Shown: positions 28,239-37,263, counted from the stretch's first letter. The stretch is DNA of 64,000 nt from an uncultured bacterium (GCA_965371445.1 CBDUYN010000035.1:127-64126), one strand, 5' to 3'. Notes: generated by a model from the letters alone, not told the origin. Numbers and translations: made by a program.

Positions 28239-31200
28239 CGAGCCCGCTTGAATCGTCCAGGGAGGAGAGCGCTTCCGCCGCCTGGTCGGCGAAGCGTGGA
28301 AAGCCCAGGGCGCGTGCCTCCTCGGCGAGCGGCGTGAGCAGATCTCTGCCCGCCTCCTCGTCGCCGGTCTCCAGCAGCATCCGTCCGAGCGCGAGGCGGG
28401 GACGGAACCGAAGAGCCGGAAAATGTCGCGTGACGTCGCCTTCGGCGACCAGGGCTTCCAGGGTCTGCCGCGCGGCTTCCACGTTGCCGCCGGCCAGGTC
28501 GATCCGGGCAGAGACCCCGAGCCGGTCCAGCCGGACGGGGAAGGCTTCCTGGGAGAGCCCTGGTTGCTCGAGTAGCGGTGCCAAAACCTGCCGGGCCTCT
28601 TGGGGCTTCCCTTGGTCCAGGAGGACCTGGGCCAGCGCTCTCCGTGCAAGCGGGGGAGGAAGCTCCGGGCTCGCTGCCGTCAGCTCACGTATCCGTGCCT
28701 CGGCCTGTGACGGGCTCCCCAGGAGAGTCGCTGCCGTGAGGTCGAGCTGGGTCTGCATCCAGGCGTTCCCGGTGGCGCCCCAGTGCTGGGCCGCGGTTTC
28801 AAAGAGGCGGCGGGCTTCGCGATCCTCCCCACGGTAATAGTAGACGTAGGCCAAGGTTTCCGACGCCATGGCCAGGATGAGCTCGGCTTCCATCTCTCGG
28901 CCCGCGGCGAGCGCTTCTCTGGCTCTTCGCTCGGCCCGTTCGAGCTGCCCTAGCTCGACGAGGAGCCTCGCCGACTTGCTCGCGGACATGCCGACGGCGA
29001 AGAGGTGGCCTCCCTGCCGGGCGTTGAGCAGCGCTTCCTCGAACAGCTCCGCGGAGCGCGGCGGATCTTCGGTCGAGATCTGGCCGGCCAGGTTGGAGAG
29101 GAAGCCGGCCGTCATGGTGAGGTTTCCCGCCTCCCGAGCCTTTTGTGCCGCCTCTTCAAAGAGCTCGACGCTGCGGGCCGGATCGGAAAGGTGGAGCCGG
29201 GCCCCCTGGAGGCTCAAGGCCTCGGCTTCCGTCTGGCGGTCGCCGGTCTTTCGAGCGAGCTCCAGAGCTTCGGCGAGCATCTCCTGGGCCGGGCGCTCTT
29301 CGTCCGATTCCCTTGCCAGCCAGACGAGCGCCAGGGCCGTACCTCGCAGGTCGCCGACTTCGCGGAACGTCTCCAGGGCGTCCCAGTACGTCAAGGCGAG
29401 CCCCGCCCGCTCGGCGGGGAGGTGCCGCAAGACGACGGCGAGGTGGAGCAGAGCCCGTGCCAGGGCGAGGCGGTCACCGCGCTCCTCGAAGATCTCGCGG
29501 GCCTGGGCGAGAGCGCTCCTCGCCTCCTCGCCCCGTCCCAGGCCGAACAGGGCCTCGGCCTCGTGAAGCCGGGCCTCGGCGAGGAGCGCTTCGGCGTCCA
29601 GGGCCTCGGCGGCCTCCGCGGCCCGTCCGGCGGCCCGGCGTTGACGCTCCAGCACGCCGCGCTTGCGGGCCGCCGCCGCTTCGGCGAGGTCCATGCGCGC
29701 CTCGACGTACGGGCCGCCGCCCATCCGCCGGTTGTGGCGCCGGAGCTCCACCACCGTCGCAAGAGCCGCCAGGGGATCGCCGGAAGCCGTCTCCACCGCC
29801 GCCAGGCGCAGGCCGTGCTCGACCTCTTCGGGGTGCTCGTGCCACAGCTCCTCGTAGATCCGCCGCGCCGGCTGCCAGTCTCGCGCCAGCTCCCGGTAGA
29901 GTCCCTCGATCAGCAGCCGTTCTTCCCGCGGCAACGGCTCCGTCATCTCGAACGCCCGGCGAGCCGCCGCCGTGGCCCGGGTCTCCCAGCCGATCTCCGA
30001 CCAGCAACTCGCCAGCGCCGAGTGGACCTTCACCGCTTCGGGCTCGGCGGCGGCCGCCGCCGTCAGCAACTCGCTGGCTTCCCGGAGGTCGTAGCGGCGC
30101 AGCCTCTCCAATCCCCAGGTGTAGAGCCGCTTTCCCTCGGCGCTCACCGGCAGGCCGGCTTGAGCCGTCCGGGGCTCGCCGGCCGCCGGGGCGAGGACCT
30201 GAGAGGCGGAATCGGAGGGGCGGGTCTCGACGGTTGGGCGCCTGAGGAAGAGCGCCGCAACGAGGAGGACGGCGAGGAGCGCCGCCGCGCCGCCCACGGC
30301 GCCGAAAGTCCTCGGGGACAGTGCTCTCTCCTCCGCCAGTTGCGCGGCGAGCTCACCGGCGTGCCGGAAGCGCTCGTCGGGGCGCCGTCGCAGACAACGC
30401 AGCACGGCCGCTTCCCACCGGCGATCGAGCTCTGGCCGATGCATCGTGAGAGCCGGCGGATCCTCCGTGAGACGAAGCCGCGCGGTCTCTTGCGGCGTTG
30501 TGCCGCGAAAGGGCAGGACGCCGGTCAGCATCTCGTAGATCACCACCCCGAACGAGTAGACGTCGGCAGCCGGCGTCGCCGCCGCACCCGCTACCATTTC
30601 GGGAGCCGCGTAGGCCGGCGTCCCGCCGCCGGAGGCCGTCGTGTCGGATCGGCCGCGGGGTCCCCCGAGCATCTCCTGAGCGACGCCGAAGTCGGTCACC
30701 ACGACGCGGATCCCCGCGTCGGATTCGACCAGCAGGACGTTGGAGCTCTTGAAGTCGCGATGGATCACGCCGGCCTGATGGGCCGCGTCGAGCGCCGCGG
30801 CCATCTCCCGGATCAGGGGAAAGGCCTCCTCAAGCTCGAACGGTCCTTCGCGGCGAAGTCGCTCGGCCATGGTCTCGCCCCGCACGAGCTCCATGGTGAG
30901 GAAAAGGATCGACGGGCTCTCCTGGCCCCAGGCCAAGCGGTCCCGGTGTTGGAAGAGGTCGAAGATCCGGCAGACGTTGGGATGGGTCACCTGGCGGGCG
31001 AGGTGGATCTCGCGCTTGAAGCGCTCGGCCGATCCCTTCTGCCGGACGAGGTCGGGACGGATCACCTTCAAAGCCACCGCGGTGCCGAGCTCCAGGTCCT
31101 CGGCCTCGAAGACCTGTCCCATCCCCCCCTGGCCCAGCAGCCGGACGATGCGGAAGCGCTCGCCGACCTCCTCGCCCGGCGCGAAGGTCGCGACCGTCGG

Positions 31201-31272
31201 CGCGCCGCCGGAGGCGATCCCGGCCTCCGGCGTGGTCAGCGTCTGGGTAGGCTCGTGCAGGTCGTCTTTCAT
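28165..31272 (-). CDS. Hanks-type serine/threonine protein kinase with single TM helix and extensive C-terminal TPR repeats
   Basis: 1035 aa.
- Kinase subdomains: GQGGMGQVF, AVALKVI, HRDFKSSNVLL, DFGVA, GTPAYAAPE.
- Followed by a TM segment (ALLAVLLVAALFL).
- About 650 aa of TPR-like helical repeats. Confidence 0.85.
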   Translation of the reverse strand: MKDDLHEPTQTLTTPEAGIASGGAPTVATFAPGEEVGERFRIVRLLGQGGMGQVFEAEDLELGTAVALKVIRPDLVRQKGSAERFKREIHLARQVTHPNVCRIFDLFQHRDRLAWGQESPSILFLTMELVRGETMAERLRREGPFELEEAFPLIREMAAALDAAHQAGVIHRDFKSSNVLLVESDAGIRVVVTDFGVAQEMLGGPRGRSDTTASGGGTPAYAAPEMVAGAAATPAADVYSFGVVIYEMLTGVLPFRGTTPQETARLRLTEDPPALTMHRPELDRRWEAAVLRCLRRRPDERFRHAGELAAQLAEERALSPRTFGAVGGAAALLAVLLVAALFLRRPTVETRPSDSASQVLAPAAGEPRTAQAGLPVSAEGKRLYTWGLERLRRYDLREASELLTAAAAAEPEAVKVHSALASCWSEIGWETRATAAARRAFEMTEPLPREERLLIEGLYRELARDWQPARRIYEELWHEHPEEVEHGLRLAAVETASGDPLAALATVVELRRHNRRMGGGPYVEARMDLAEAAAARKRGVLERQRRAAGRAAEAAEALDAEALLAEARLHEAEALFGLGRGEEARSALAQAREIFEERGDRLALARALLHLAVVLRHLPAERAGLALTYWDALETFREVGDLRGTALALVWLARESDEERPAQEMLAEALELARKTGDRQTEAEALSLQGARLHLSDPARSVELFEEAAQKAREAGNLTMTAGFLSNLAGQISTEDPPRSAELFEEALLNARQGGHLFAVGMSASKSARLLVELGQLERAERRAREALAAGREMEAELILAMASETLAYVYYYRGEDREARRLFETAAQHWGATGNAWMQTQLDLTAATLLGSPSQAEARIRELTAASPELPPPLARRALAQVLLDQGKPQEARQVLAPLLEQPGLSQEAFPVRLDRLGVSARIDLAGGNVEAARQTLEALVAEGDVTRHFPALRFRPRLALGRMLLETGDEEAGRDLLTPLAEEARALGFPRFADQAAEALSSLDDSSGLASHEEVRRSSGRDSWRLRGNSGLP

Positions 31273-31517
31273 CCTTCCTCCCGATCGCCTGCGCCCTGGC
31301 CGCGAAACGTCCGCGGATCGATCCCGAGCCGCTTGAGCTTTTCGGCCAGGCCGTTGCGCGACAGGCCCAGCAGCCGGGCGGCCCGCACCTGCCGGCCTTC
31401 GGTGCCGACGCGGTTCTCGCCGTCGGCGAGCTCAAAGGTGCGCTCGACGCCGTCGAGCTGACCGCGCAGCCGGTAGAAGAGCTTCGTCTCGGTGGGTTTC
31501 ATCCAGTCCTGCCGCAA
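31269..31517 (-). CDS. small Fis-type (HTH_8) DNA-binding protein, orphan sigma-54-activator C-terminal-like domain
   Basis: 82 aa. C-terminal HTH (AARLLGLSRNGLAEKLKRLGI). The stop overlaps the kinase start by 4 nt. Confidence 0.55.
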   Translation of the reverse strand: MRQDWMKPTETKLFYRLRGQLDGVERTFELADGENRVGTEGRQVRAARLLGLSRNGLAEKLKRLGIDPRTFRGQGAGDREEG

Positions 31518-31819
31518 GAGTCGCGGGAAGTCAGAGCAGCCCTCTCATCATAGGCCAGATCCCTCCGTTTGCCACTACCTGGCGGATGGTCTGGCTGCGC
31601 ACGGACTGGGCGTTTTCTGCCCAGGAAGTGGGCACGGCGAGACGTCGGCCGGGAGCTCGGCGGGGTTTGCCAGGCCGAGAAGGAGCCCTCGCTGCGTTGC
31701 TGGAAGTACGGCGAGACGGGCTTGGCGACGAATCCGTGCGGCTCGGGACTGCGCTGCGGTCTTCCCTGGCATGCGGCTTGCTTTGAGAGGAATCATTCAT
31801 ACGAAAGGAGGTGAAGACC

Positions 31820-31876
31820 ATGAATCTCAAGACGAACGTCAAGGCCGGAAGAAGGCCCATCGGGCGCTGTAGCTAG
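31820..31876 (+). CDS. putative 18-codon small ORF / leader peptide (MNLKTNVKAGRRPIGRCS)
   Basis: Near-consensus Shine-Dalgarno (AAAGGAGGTGA) 7 nt before the ATG. Sits in a roughly 500-bp intergenic gap and is followed by a perfect 6-bp stem hairpin (gccctg-N10-cagggc). Not in the ORF track because it is below the length cutoff. Confidence 0.25.
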   Translation: MNLKTNVKAGRRPIGRCS

Positions 31877-32028
31877 CGAGCCCTCGTTGCCCTGGGTTGA
31901 AACACAGGGCTGGACGCTGTCGTTCCTTCGGGACGAAGAGGGGCCCCGGAGGCGACAGCGGAGACTTCCTGGGTGCACCGGCGGCTCCGATCGGCTACCA
32001 TCAGCCGGCCGAGCGAAGAAACGCCGCC

Positions 32029-32703
32029 ATGAGCCACCCCGACACGCCCTTCCGCCTGCTGGTCTTCGACTGGGACGGGACGCTGATCGACTCGACCGAC
32101 GGCATCGTCGGCGCGACCCTGGCGGCGCTTGCGGAGCTCCGGCTCGACGGTCCGTCGCAGCAGGAGATCCGCGACGCCATCGGCCTCTCGCCCCAAGAGT
32201 CGTTGGCGCGTCTCTTCCCTGGAGCCTCGGCCGAGGAGGAGCGCAGGATCCGCGAGCGCATCCGCCATCACTGGCTCGAGACCTACAGCTTCCAGGGACG
32301 CCTCTTCGACGGCGCCGCCAGGACGATCGTCGAGCTCGCGAACGGCGACTATTACCTGGCCGTCGCCACCGGCAAGAGCCGCGTCGGGCTTGACCGTGAC
32401 CTGGAGACGACGGGGCTCCGCAGCCGCTTCCTCGCCAGCCGTACGGCCGACGAGTCGGCCTCGAAGCCCCATCCGCAGATGCTTCTCGAGCTGATGGAGG
32501 AGCTGGGTACAACGCCCGAGGAGACACTGATGATCGGCGACACGACGTTCGACCTCGAGATGGCCGGCAACGCCGGCGTCGCCTCGGTCGGCGTCCTGAC
32601 CGGCGCCCACGACCGCGAGAGGCTGGCTACCTGTGGGCCCCGCACGGTCCTCGACAGCGTCGCCGAGCTGCCGCGATGGCTCGCCGCGACCGCGGGAGCC
32701 TGA
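32029..32703 (+). CDS. HAD-superfamily hydrolase (phosphoglycolate phosphatase-like)
   Basis: Start at MSHPDTPFRLLVFDWDGTLIDS (HAD motif I DxDGT). Motif II/III present (ATGKS..., IGDTTFDLEMAGNAG). Confidence 0.8.
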   Translation: MSHPDTPFRLLVFDWDGTLIDSTDGIVGATLAALAELRLDGPSQQEIRDAIGLSPQESLARLFPGASAEEERRIRERIRHHWLETYSFQGRLFDGAARTIVELANGDYYLAVATGKSRVGLDRDLETTGLRSRFLASRTADESASKPHPQMLLELMEELGTTPEETLMIGDTTFDLEMAGNAGVASVGVLTGAHDRERLATCGPRTVLDSVAELPRWLAATAGA

Positions 32704-33020
32704 TCTGCTGCTTCGGCCCCAAAGACCGAGAAGGGGTCAACGACCCAGGTTGTCCTCGGCGGTGAGCTCCCCGCCGTGGAGGTCGGCACAGGGAGGACGG
32801 GGAGTGGCCGGGTGAGGGCTCCGAAAAGAAGTCCCGCTCAGGGGACCGCCGAGCAGGTCGCGAAGGCCTGCCGCTGTCAAGACATATTTCGAGAATTTTC
32901 GGCACCGGAGGGGCACCGGGACGAACCTCCGCCGGAGCGATAGAAGCCTACGGTCGAGCCGTTCCACAAGGCGTTGCAGGTGTGTCCCCAGGAGCATGCT
33001 TCCTGGTAGAATGCCTCGCG

Positions 33021-33902
33021 ATGACGATCTTTCTGCGAATTCCCGTCCTGATCTTGGCCCTCGTGGCCGTGGCCCACGCCGCCGCCGCGCAGGCTCCGGC
33101 GCCTGGCGGCGTCGAGGTGACCTACCTGGCCAACGAGGGCTTCCTGCTCGCCGCCGGGGAGACGTGTGTCCTCGTCGACGCGCTCTTCACCGACGGCCTC
33201 GGCGGTTATCAGGTGCTCCCCTCGGAGAAGCTTGGCCGCCTTGAGGCCGGCGAAGGGCCCTTTGCCGGCGTCGACCTCGTGCTGGCCACCCACTACCACG
33301 GCGATCACTTCGACCCGCGCTCCGTCGGCCGTCACCTGGCGAGGAACCCGGGGGCCAGGTTCGTCTCGACCGGGCAGGCCGTCGAACGGCTGCGCGAGAC
33401 CCTGGGCGAGGACTTCGCCGCGGTGGCCGAGCGGGTGACCGCGTTTTCTCCGGCGGTGGGGGAGCGCGAGTCGTTCGTCCATGCCGGAATCCGTCTGACC
33501 GTGCTGAACCTCCACCACGGGCACGGCCGCCGGCCGGCGGTGCAGCACCTCGGCTTCGTGATCGCGATCGGAGGGTGGAAGCTCCTCCACATCGGCGACA
33601 CGGAGGTGACCCGCGACGAATTGGGTGCCTACGACTTGGCGGAGGAGGGAATCGATTTCGCCTTCCTGCCCTACTGGCGCCTTCTGGGCGGCCAGGACGA
33701 CATGGAGGAGATCCGTCCGCGCCTTGTCGTCGCCATGCACGTCCCGCACCGGGGCGCGCCGCCGGACTACTTCTCGCCAGCCTCAAACCGCGACGGCCTC
33801 CTGCGGGTCCTGGGCGAGAGCGTCCCCGGGGTCTGGGTGGCGTCGAAGCCGATGGCGTCGCAGCGGTATCCGCCGGCGGAGAGCCTTGAGGCCGGGGAGT
33901 GA
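33021..33902 (+). CDS. MBL-fold metallo-hydrolase, secreted
   Basis: Start at MTIFLRIPVLILALVAVAHA (signal peptide). Metallo-beta-lactamase His motif (ATHYHGDHF) and later H/D ligands. Confidence 0.7.
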   Translation: MTIFLRIPVLILALVAVAHAAAAQAPAPGGVEVTYLANEGFLLAAGETCVLVDALFTDGLGGYQVLPSEKLGRLEAGEGPFAGVDLVLATHYHGDHFDPRSVGRHLARNPGARFVSTGQAVERLRETLGEDFAAVAERVTAFSPAVGERESFVHAGIRLTVLNLHHGHGRRPAVQHLGFVIAIGGWKLLHIGDTEVTRDELGAYDLAEEGIDFAFLPYWRLLGGQDDMEEIRPRLVVAMHVPHRGAPPDYFSPASNRDGLLRVLGESVPGVWVASKPMASQRYPPAESLEAGE

Positions 33903-33923
33903 GGATCTGCTAGGATCGATCTC

Positions 33924-34952
33924 ATGATCAACTCCGTCGAGATCGAGAACTTCCGCGGGATTCGCCGGGGAGCCTTGAAGGACCTGGGCGCGTTGACGAT
34001 CCTTACCGGGCCCAACGGCTGCGGCAAGAGCACGATCGTCGATGCTCTGTTGATCGCGGCGAGCCCGAAGCCCTGGGAGGGTGTCGGGCAAGCCGTGGAG
34101 CGTCATCGGGCGACCCACGACGGCGCTCGTTGGCTCATCGGGCGCGAGGGTGAGGCGGCAAGGATCTTCGTGAAAACACAACGCACAAGAGGCAGCGAGT
34201 TGAAATGGGAACGGATTCCGATTGCCGAGGCATCTGGCGGCATTCCGCCTCACAGCCGGATATGGATTACCGTGGTTGATTACGTCGGGGACTTGCAGGA
34301 GAATACATTCTTCGCCGCCGGCTACAAGGAGATAGTGTTCTCCGGGGATGGTTCCTATACACCGGGGCAGAGTGGTGGCATTCCCATTCCCTCTTCTCCT
34401 CTGGGTCACGTCCGGCTAGTGGATTCCTCTACACCCGTCCCCCTCGACGAGGCGTTTTCCGGAACTTTCCGGCAAGGCCGCAAGAAGGACGTATTGGCGC
34501 TTCTGGAAGCTCTCGTCTCGGATCTGGACGGAGTCGAGATCCTCGTCGAGGACGACAGGACACCGATGGTGTACGTCGATGACGGTCGGAACCGCGTTCC
34601 CGCCAGTCTCTCAGGAGACGGCATATACGCTTTTCTTCAGCTGGCTCTGGAGCTCGCTGCAAGCCCCGGAGGTCTCGTCCTCGTCGAGGAGCCTGAAGTC
34701 TTTCAGCATTTGCGCGCCATCCGACAGTCTGCCCGAGCTCTGGTCGCGGCCGTTCGCCGCGGTGTCCAGATCGTCGTTACGACTCACAGCCTGGAACTGA
34801 TCGACGCCATACTCGGCGAATCTGAGGAGGAGGACCGCGAACGACTCGTGCTGTTCAATCTCCTGCTCAGCGACGGCGAGCTCAAATCCAGCCGTTTTCC
34901 CGGGCCGGATGTCGCCTTTGCTCGCGAATCCATGGAGAAGGATCTGCGATGA
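33924..34952 (+). CDS. ABC-type AAA ATPase (AAA_15/AAA_21, OLD/AriA-like) - ATPase component of a two-gene putative defence module
   Basis: N-terminus IENFRGIRRGALKDLGALTILTGPNGCGKSTIVDAL (Walker A). Also ABC signature-like LSGDG, Walker B (LVLVEEPEVFQH) and H-loop (VVTTHSLELID). Region GC is about 58% versus about 69% in the flanks. Confidence 0.75.
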   Translation: MINSVEIENFRGIRRGALKDLGALTILTGPNGCGKSTIVDALLIAASPKPWEGVGQAVERHRATHDGARWLIGREGEAARIFVKTQRTRGSELKWERIPIAEASGGIPPHSRIWITVVDYVGDLQENTFFAAGYKEIVFSGDGSYTPGQSGGIPIPSSPLGHVRLVDSSTPVPLDEAFSGTFRQGRKKDVLALLEALVSDLDGVEILVEDDRTPMVYVDDGRNRVPASLSGDGIYAFLQLALELAASPGGLVLVEEPEVFQHLRAIRQSARALVAAVRRGVQIVVTTHSLELIDAILGESEEEDRERLVLFNLLLSDGELKSSRFPGPDVAFARESMEKDLR

Positions 34953-35689
34953 CGCGTCAGCACGTCATCCTTTGCGAAGGCTTCGACGATCGAGCGTTCT
35001 GGGCCGGTTGGCTTATCTACCTCGGGTGCCAGGATCAAGGACGGCGTCGCCCCGTATACGACGCTTGGGGCGAAGAGGTCAAGAACGGAAAGTATCTCTT
35101 CACGACGCGTGGCGCCTCGAACGTCTTAGTCGACCCGGTCCATGGAGGGAGCGAGGTCCGGGCAACGGCGATGACCTACTTCCGTCAGCACAATACCAAA
35201 CCGATCGGTCGAATGATTGTCAACATTGACTCGGACGCCGAAGGAGAGGGCCGTACGTCGAGCGCGCGTGAGGTCATCGCGGGTATCGTCCGCGACTACG
35301 ACGGAGGAGCCGTCGGTGATCTGGATGGCCCCCATTCCATCGACGATGTTGAGGTTTGGCCTGTCGTCTGGGAATGTCTCGACTCTGGCGAGATTCCTGG
35401 GATCCCCCGCCAGCAAACACTCGAACGGCTTGCAGCTGCCGCAATCGTAGCTGCTTATGCGGAACGAGGTGAACCGGTCCAGCGTTGGCTCGAGGCTGAG
35501 CCAGTCGAGGAGAACACGAATCACAAGAACTACGGCATGTCCTATTTCGCCAAGTGGTATGCTCAACGCCACGGTCACGGTGACTTCTATCGAGCCCTGT
35601 GGCGCGACGAGGCCGTCGCTGAGCAGCTCAAGGCCAGGTTGACGGCGACCGGCGCCTGGCAGCTGGTAGAAGAGTTGGTGGCGGATTAA
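34949..35689 (+). CDS. Toprim-like (DUF4435/DUF4276/OLD-C-terminal-like) putative nuclease partner of the upstream ABC ATPase
   Basis: ATGA start/stop overlap with the ATPase gene. N-terminal HVILCEGFDDRAFW (a Toprim-like conserved Glu) and a later IVNIDSDAEGEG (DxD). Low-GC composition. Family assignment is by motif only. Confidence 0.55.
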   Translation: MTRQHVILCEGFDDRAFWAGWLIYLGCQDQGRRRPVYDAWGEEVKNGKYLFTTRGASNVLVDPVHGGSEVRATAMTYFRQHNTKPIGRMIVNIDSDAEGEGRTSSAREVIAGIVRDYDGGAVGDLDGPHSIDDVEVWPVVWECLDSGEIPGIPRQQTLERLAAAAIVAAYAERGEPVQRWLEAEPVEENTNHKNYGMSYFAKWYAQRHGHGDFYRALWRDEAVAEQLKARLTATGAWQLVEELVAD

Positions 35690-35716
35690 ACCAGCCTGTC
35701 ATTCAAAAGGAAGAAG

Positions 35717-35971
35717 ATGCTTTTCATCAAATCATTCAAAGGCTACGAGGACCGCATCAGCGAGATCGACAGCGAGGTCAACGCCTGGGTCCTGGCGCAG
35801 GGCGCCACTATCCAGGTCATGGACGTCAAGATCGCCTTGGCTCACGAGCCGGGTTCAAGCTCCGGCATGGGCGACCTGATCTACGTCGTGGTCTACCGCG
35901 CCGACTTGCCCGCGCCGGAAATGCCGCCGGCCGGAGCGGTTGGCGGCAGGCCGGAAGGATTCGAATACTGA
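35717..35971 (+). CDS. small hypothetical protein (84 aa)
   Basis: ORF with a lower-GC 5' half. Its stop overlaps the ATG of the downstream TPR-like gene (TGATG). Confidence 0.4.
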   Translation: MLFIKSFKGYEDRISEIDSEVNAWVLAQGATIQVMDVKIALAHEPGSSSGMGDLIYVVVYRADLPAPEMPPAGAVGGRPEGFEY

Positions 35972-37263
35972 TGGGACTTTTTGACCTCTTCAAGAAAGAC
36001 CCGGAGAAGCTCCTCGAGCGCGCCGGGAAACTCCTCGAACGCGGCGATCCGGCCCAGGCGCTGCGGCTGGCCCGCCAGGCGGGAGCAGACCCGCGCGCTG
36101 GCGAGATCGTGCGCCGTGCCCGCGAAGCCCTGGTCGAGGCCGGTCTCGAACGCGCCAAGAAGGCCGAGGAGTCGGATTACCTCGACGACGCCGTGGAATG
36201 GATCCGCAACGCCGCCGAGAACGTCGACGGCGCGCGCCGCGAGGAGCTCTTGGCCCGTGCCGAGGCGCTGCTCAAGCGGGCCGAGTCCGAGGCCGAGCGC
36301 CGCGCCGCGCAGGCGCTCGCCGCGTCCGAGCCCGTCGCTGATGCCGCCGAGGACGGCGGCATCAGCAAGGTCGACGTCGCCTACGACGCCCTCGTCGGCA
36401 TGCTCGACGACGACCTCGCCGATCGCTACGACGAGCAGCCGGAGGCCTTTCGGCGCGCTTTCGTCGATCTGAACGAAGGCCGTGCCGAGGCGGCGCGTCC
36501 GGTCCTCGAAGAGCTCGCCGACGAGGGCCCCGGGGACACCGTAAGGCGCTTTGAGCGCGGCCGTTGCCGGCTCCACGACGGCGAATACCAGGGGGCCCGC
36601 GAGGATTTCGAAGCGGTGTGGCAGAGCTTCGGCGACGAGCCAATCGACCGCGTAGGGACCCTCTCGGTGCCCGGCCTCTGGGCCGAGGCCATGCTGGGAC
36701 TGAGCAAGACCGCCGAGCTTCTCGAACGCCTCGACGGCGTCGCCGACCCGAGCCACGGCGACCCCAACCTCTGCCGCCGCTACGCGGCCGCCCTCGTCCA
36801 GGAGGAAAAGCTCGACGACGCCGAGCGCTTTCTCGTCCAGGCGACCGGCACGTTCTCCCAGGATTCGGACTTCCCGTTCCAACTGGCAGTGGTCCTGAAG
36901 CGCCAAGGCCGTACAGACGAGGCCATCGACTGCCTGGAAGGGTCGGTCGCCCCAAGCTGTGCGCCGGCCACCTGCGGCCGGGTGCCGAAGCACTTGCCGT
37001 CGCTGCGTGCCCTCGCGCGCCTCTACCTCAACGAGCGTCGCGCTCCGGATCGGGTCCATGTTTTGCTCGACCACATCGCCCAGGCGCTCGCCGGACAGCT
37101 CGGACGCGAGGACTACGTCCTGATGGCCGAATACCACGAGCAGGTCGGCGACGTGGAAGGCGCCCGCGAGGCCCGTGCCGCGGCTCAGCACGCGGGCGAG
37201 AGCACCGCGGAGCCGGCGGCCGGCGCGTCTCCGAGCCTGACCTCGGGTCGGCGCGTCCTCTAG
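35971..37263 (+). CDS. TPR-like helical repeat protein (hypothetical)
   Basis: 430 aa, all-helical with TPR-like segments. Native high GC. Confidence 0.55.
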   Translation: MGLFDLFKKDPEKLLERAGKLLERGDPAQALRLARQAGADPRAGEIVRRAREALVEAGLERAKKAEESDYLDDAVEWIRNAAENVDGARREELLARAEALLKRAESEAERRAAQALAASEPVADAAEDGGISKVDVAYDALVGMLDDDLADRYDEQPEAFRRAFVDLNEGRAEAARPVLEELADEGPGDTVRRFERGRCRLHDGEYQGAREDFEAVWQSFGDEPIDRVGTLSVPGLWAEAMLGLSKTAELLERLDGVADPSHGDPNLCRRYAAALVQEEKLDDAERFLVQATGTFSQDSDFPFQLAVVLKRQGRTDEAIDCLEGSVAPSCAPATCGRVPKHLPSLRALARLYLNERRAPDRVHVLLDHIAQALAGQLGREDYVLMAEYHEQVGDVEGAREARAAAQHAGESTAEPAAGASPSLTSGRRVL

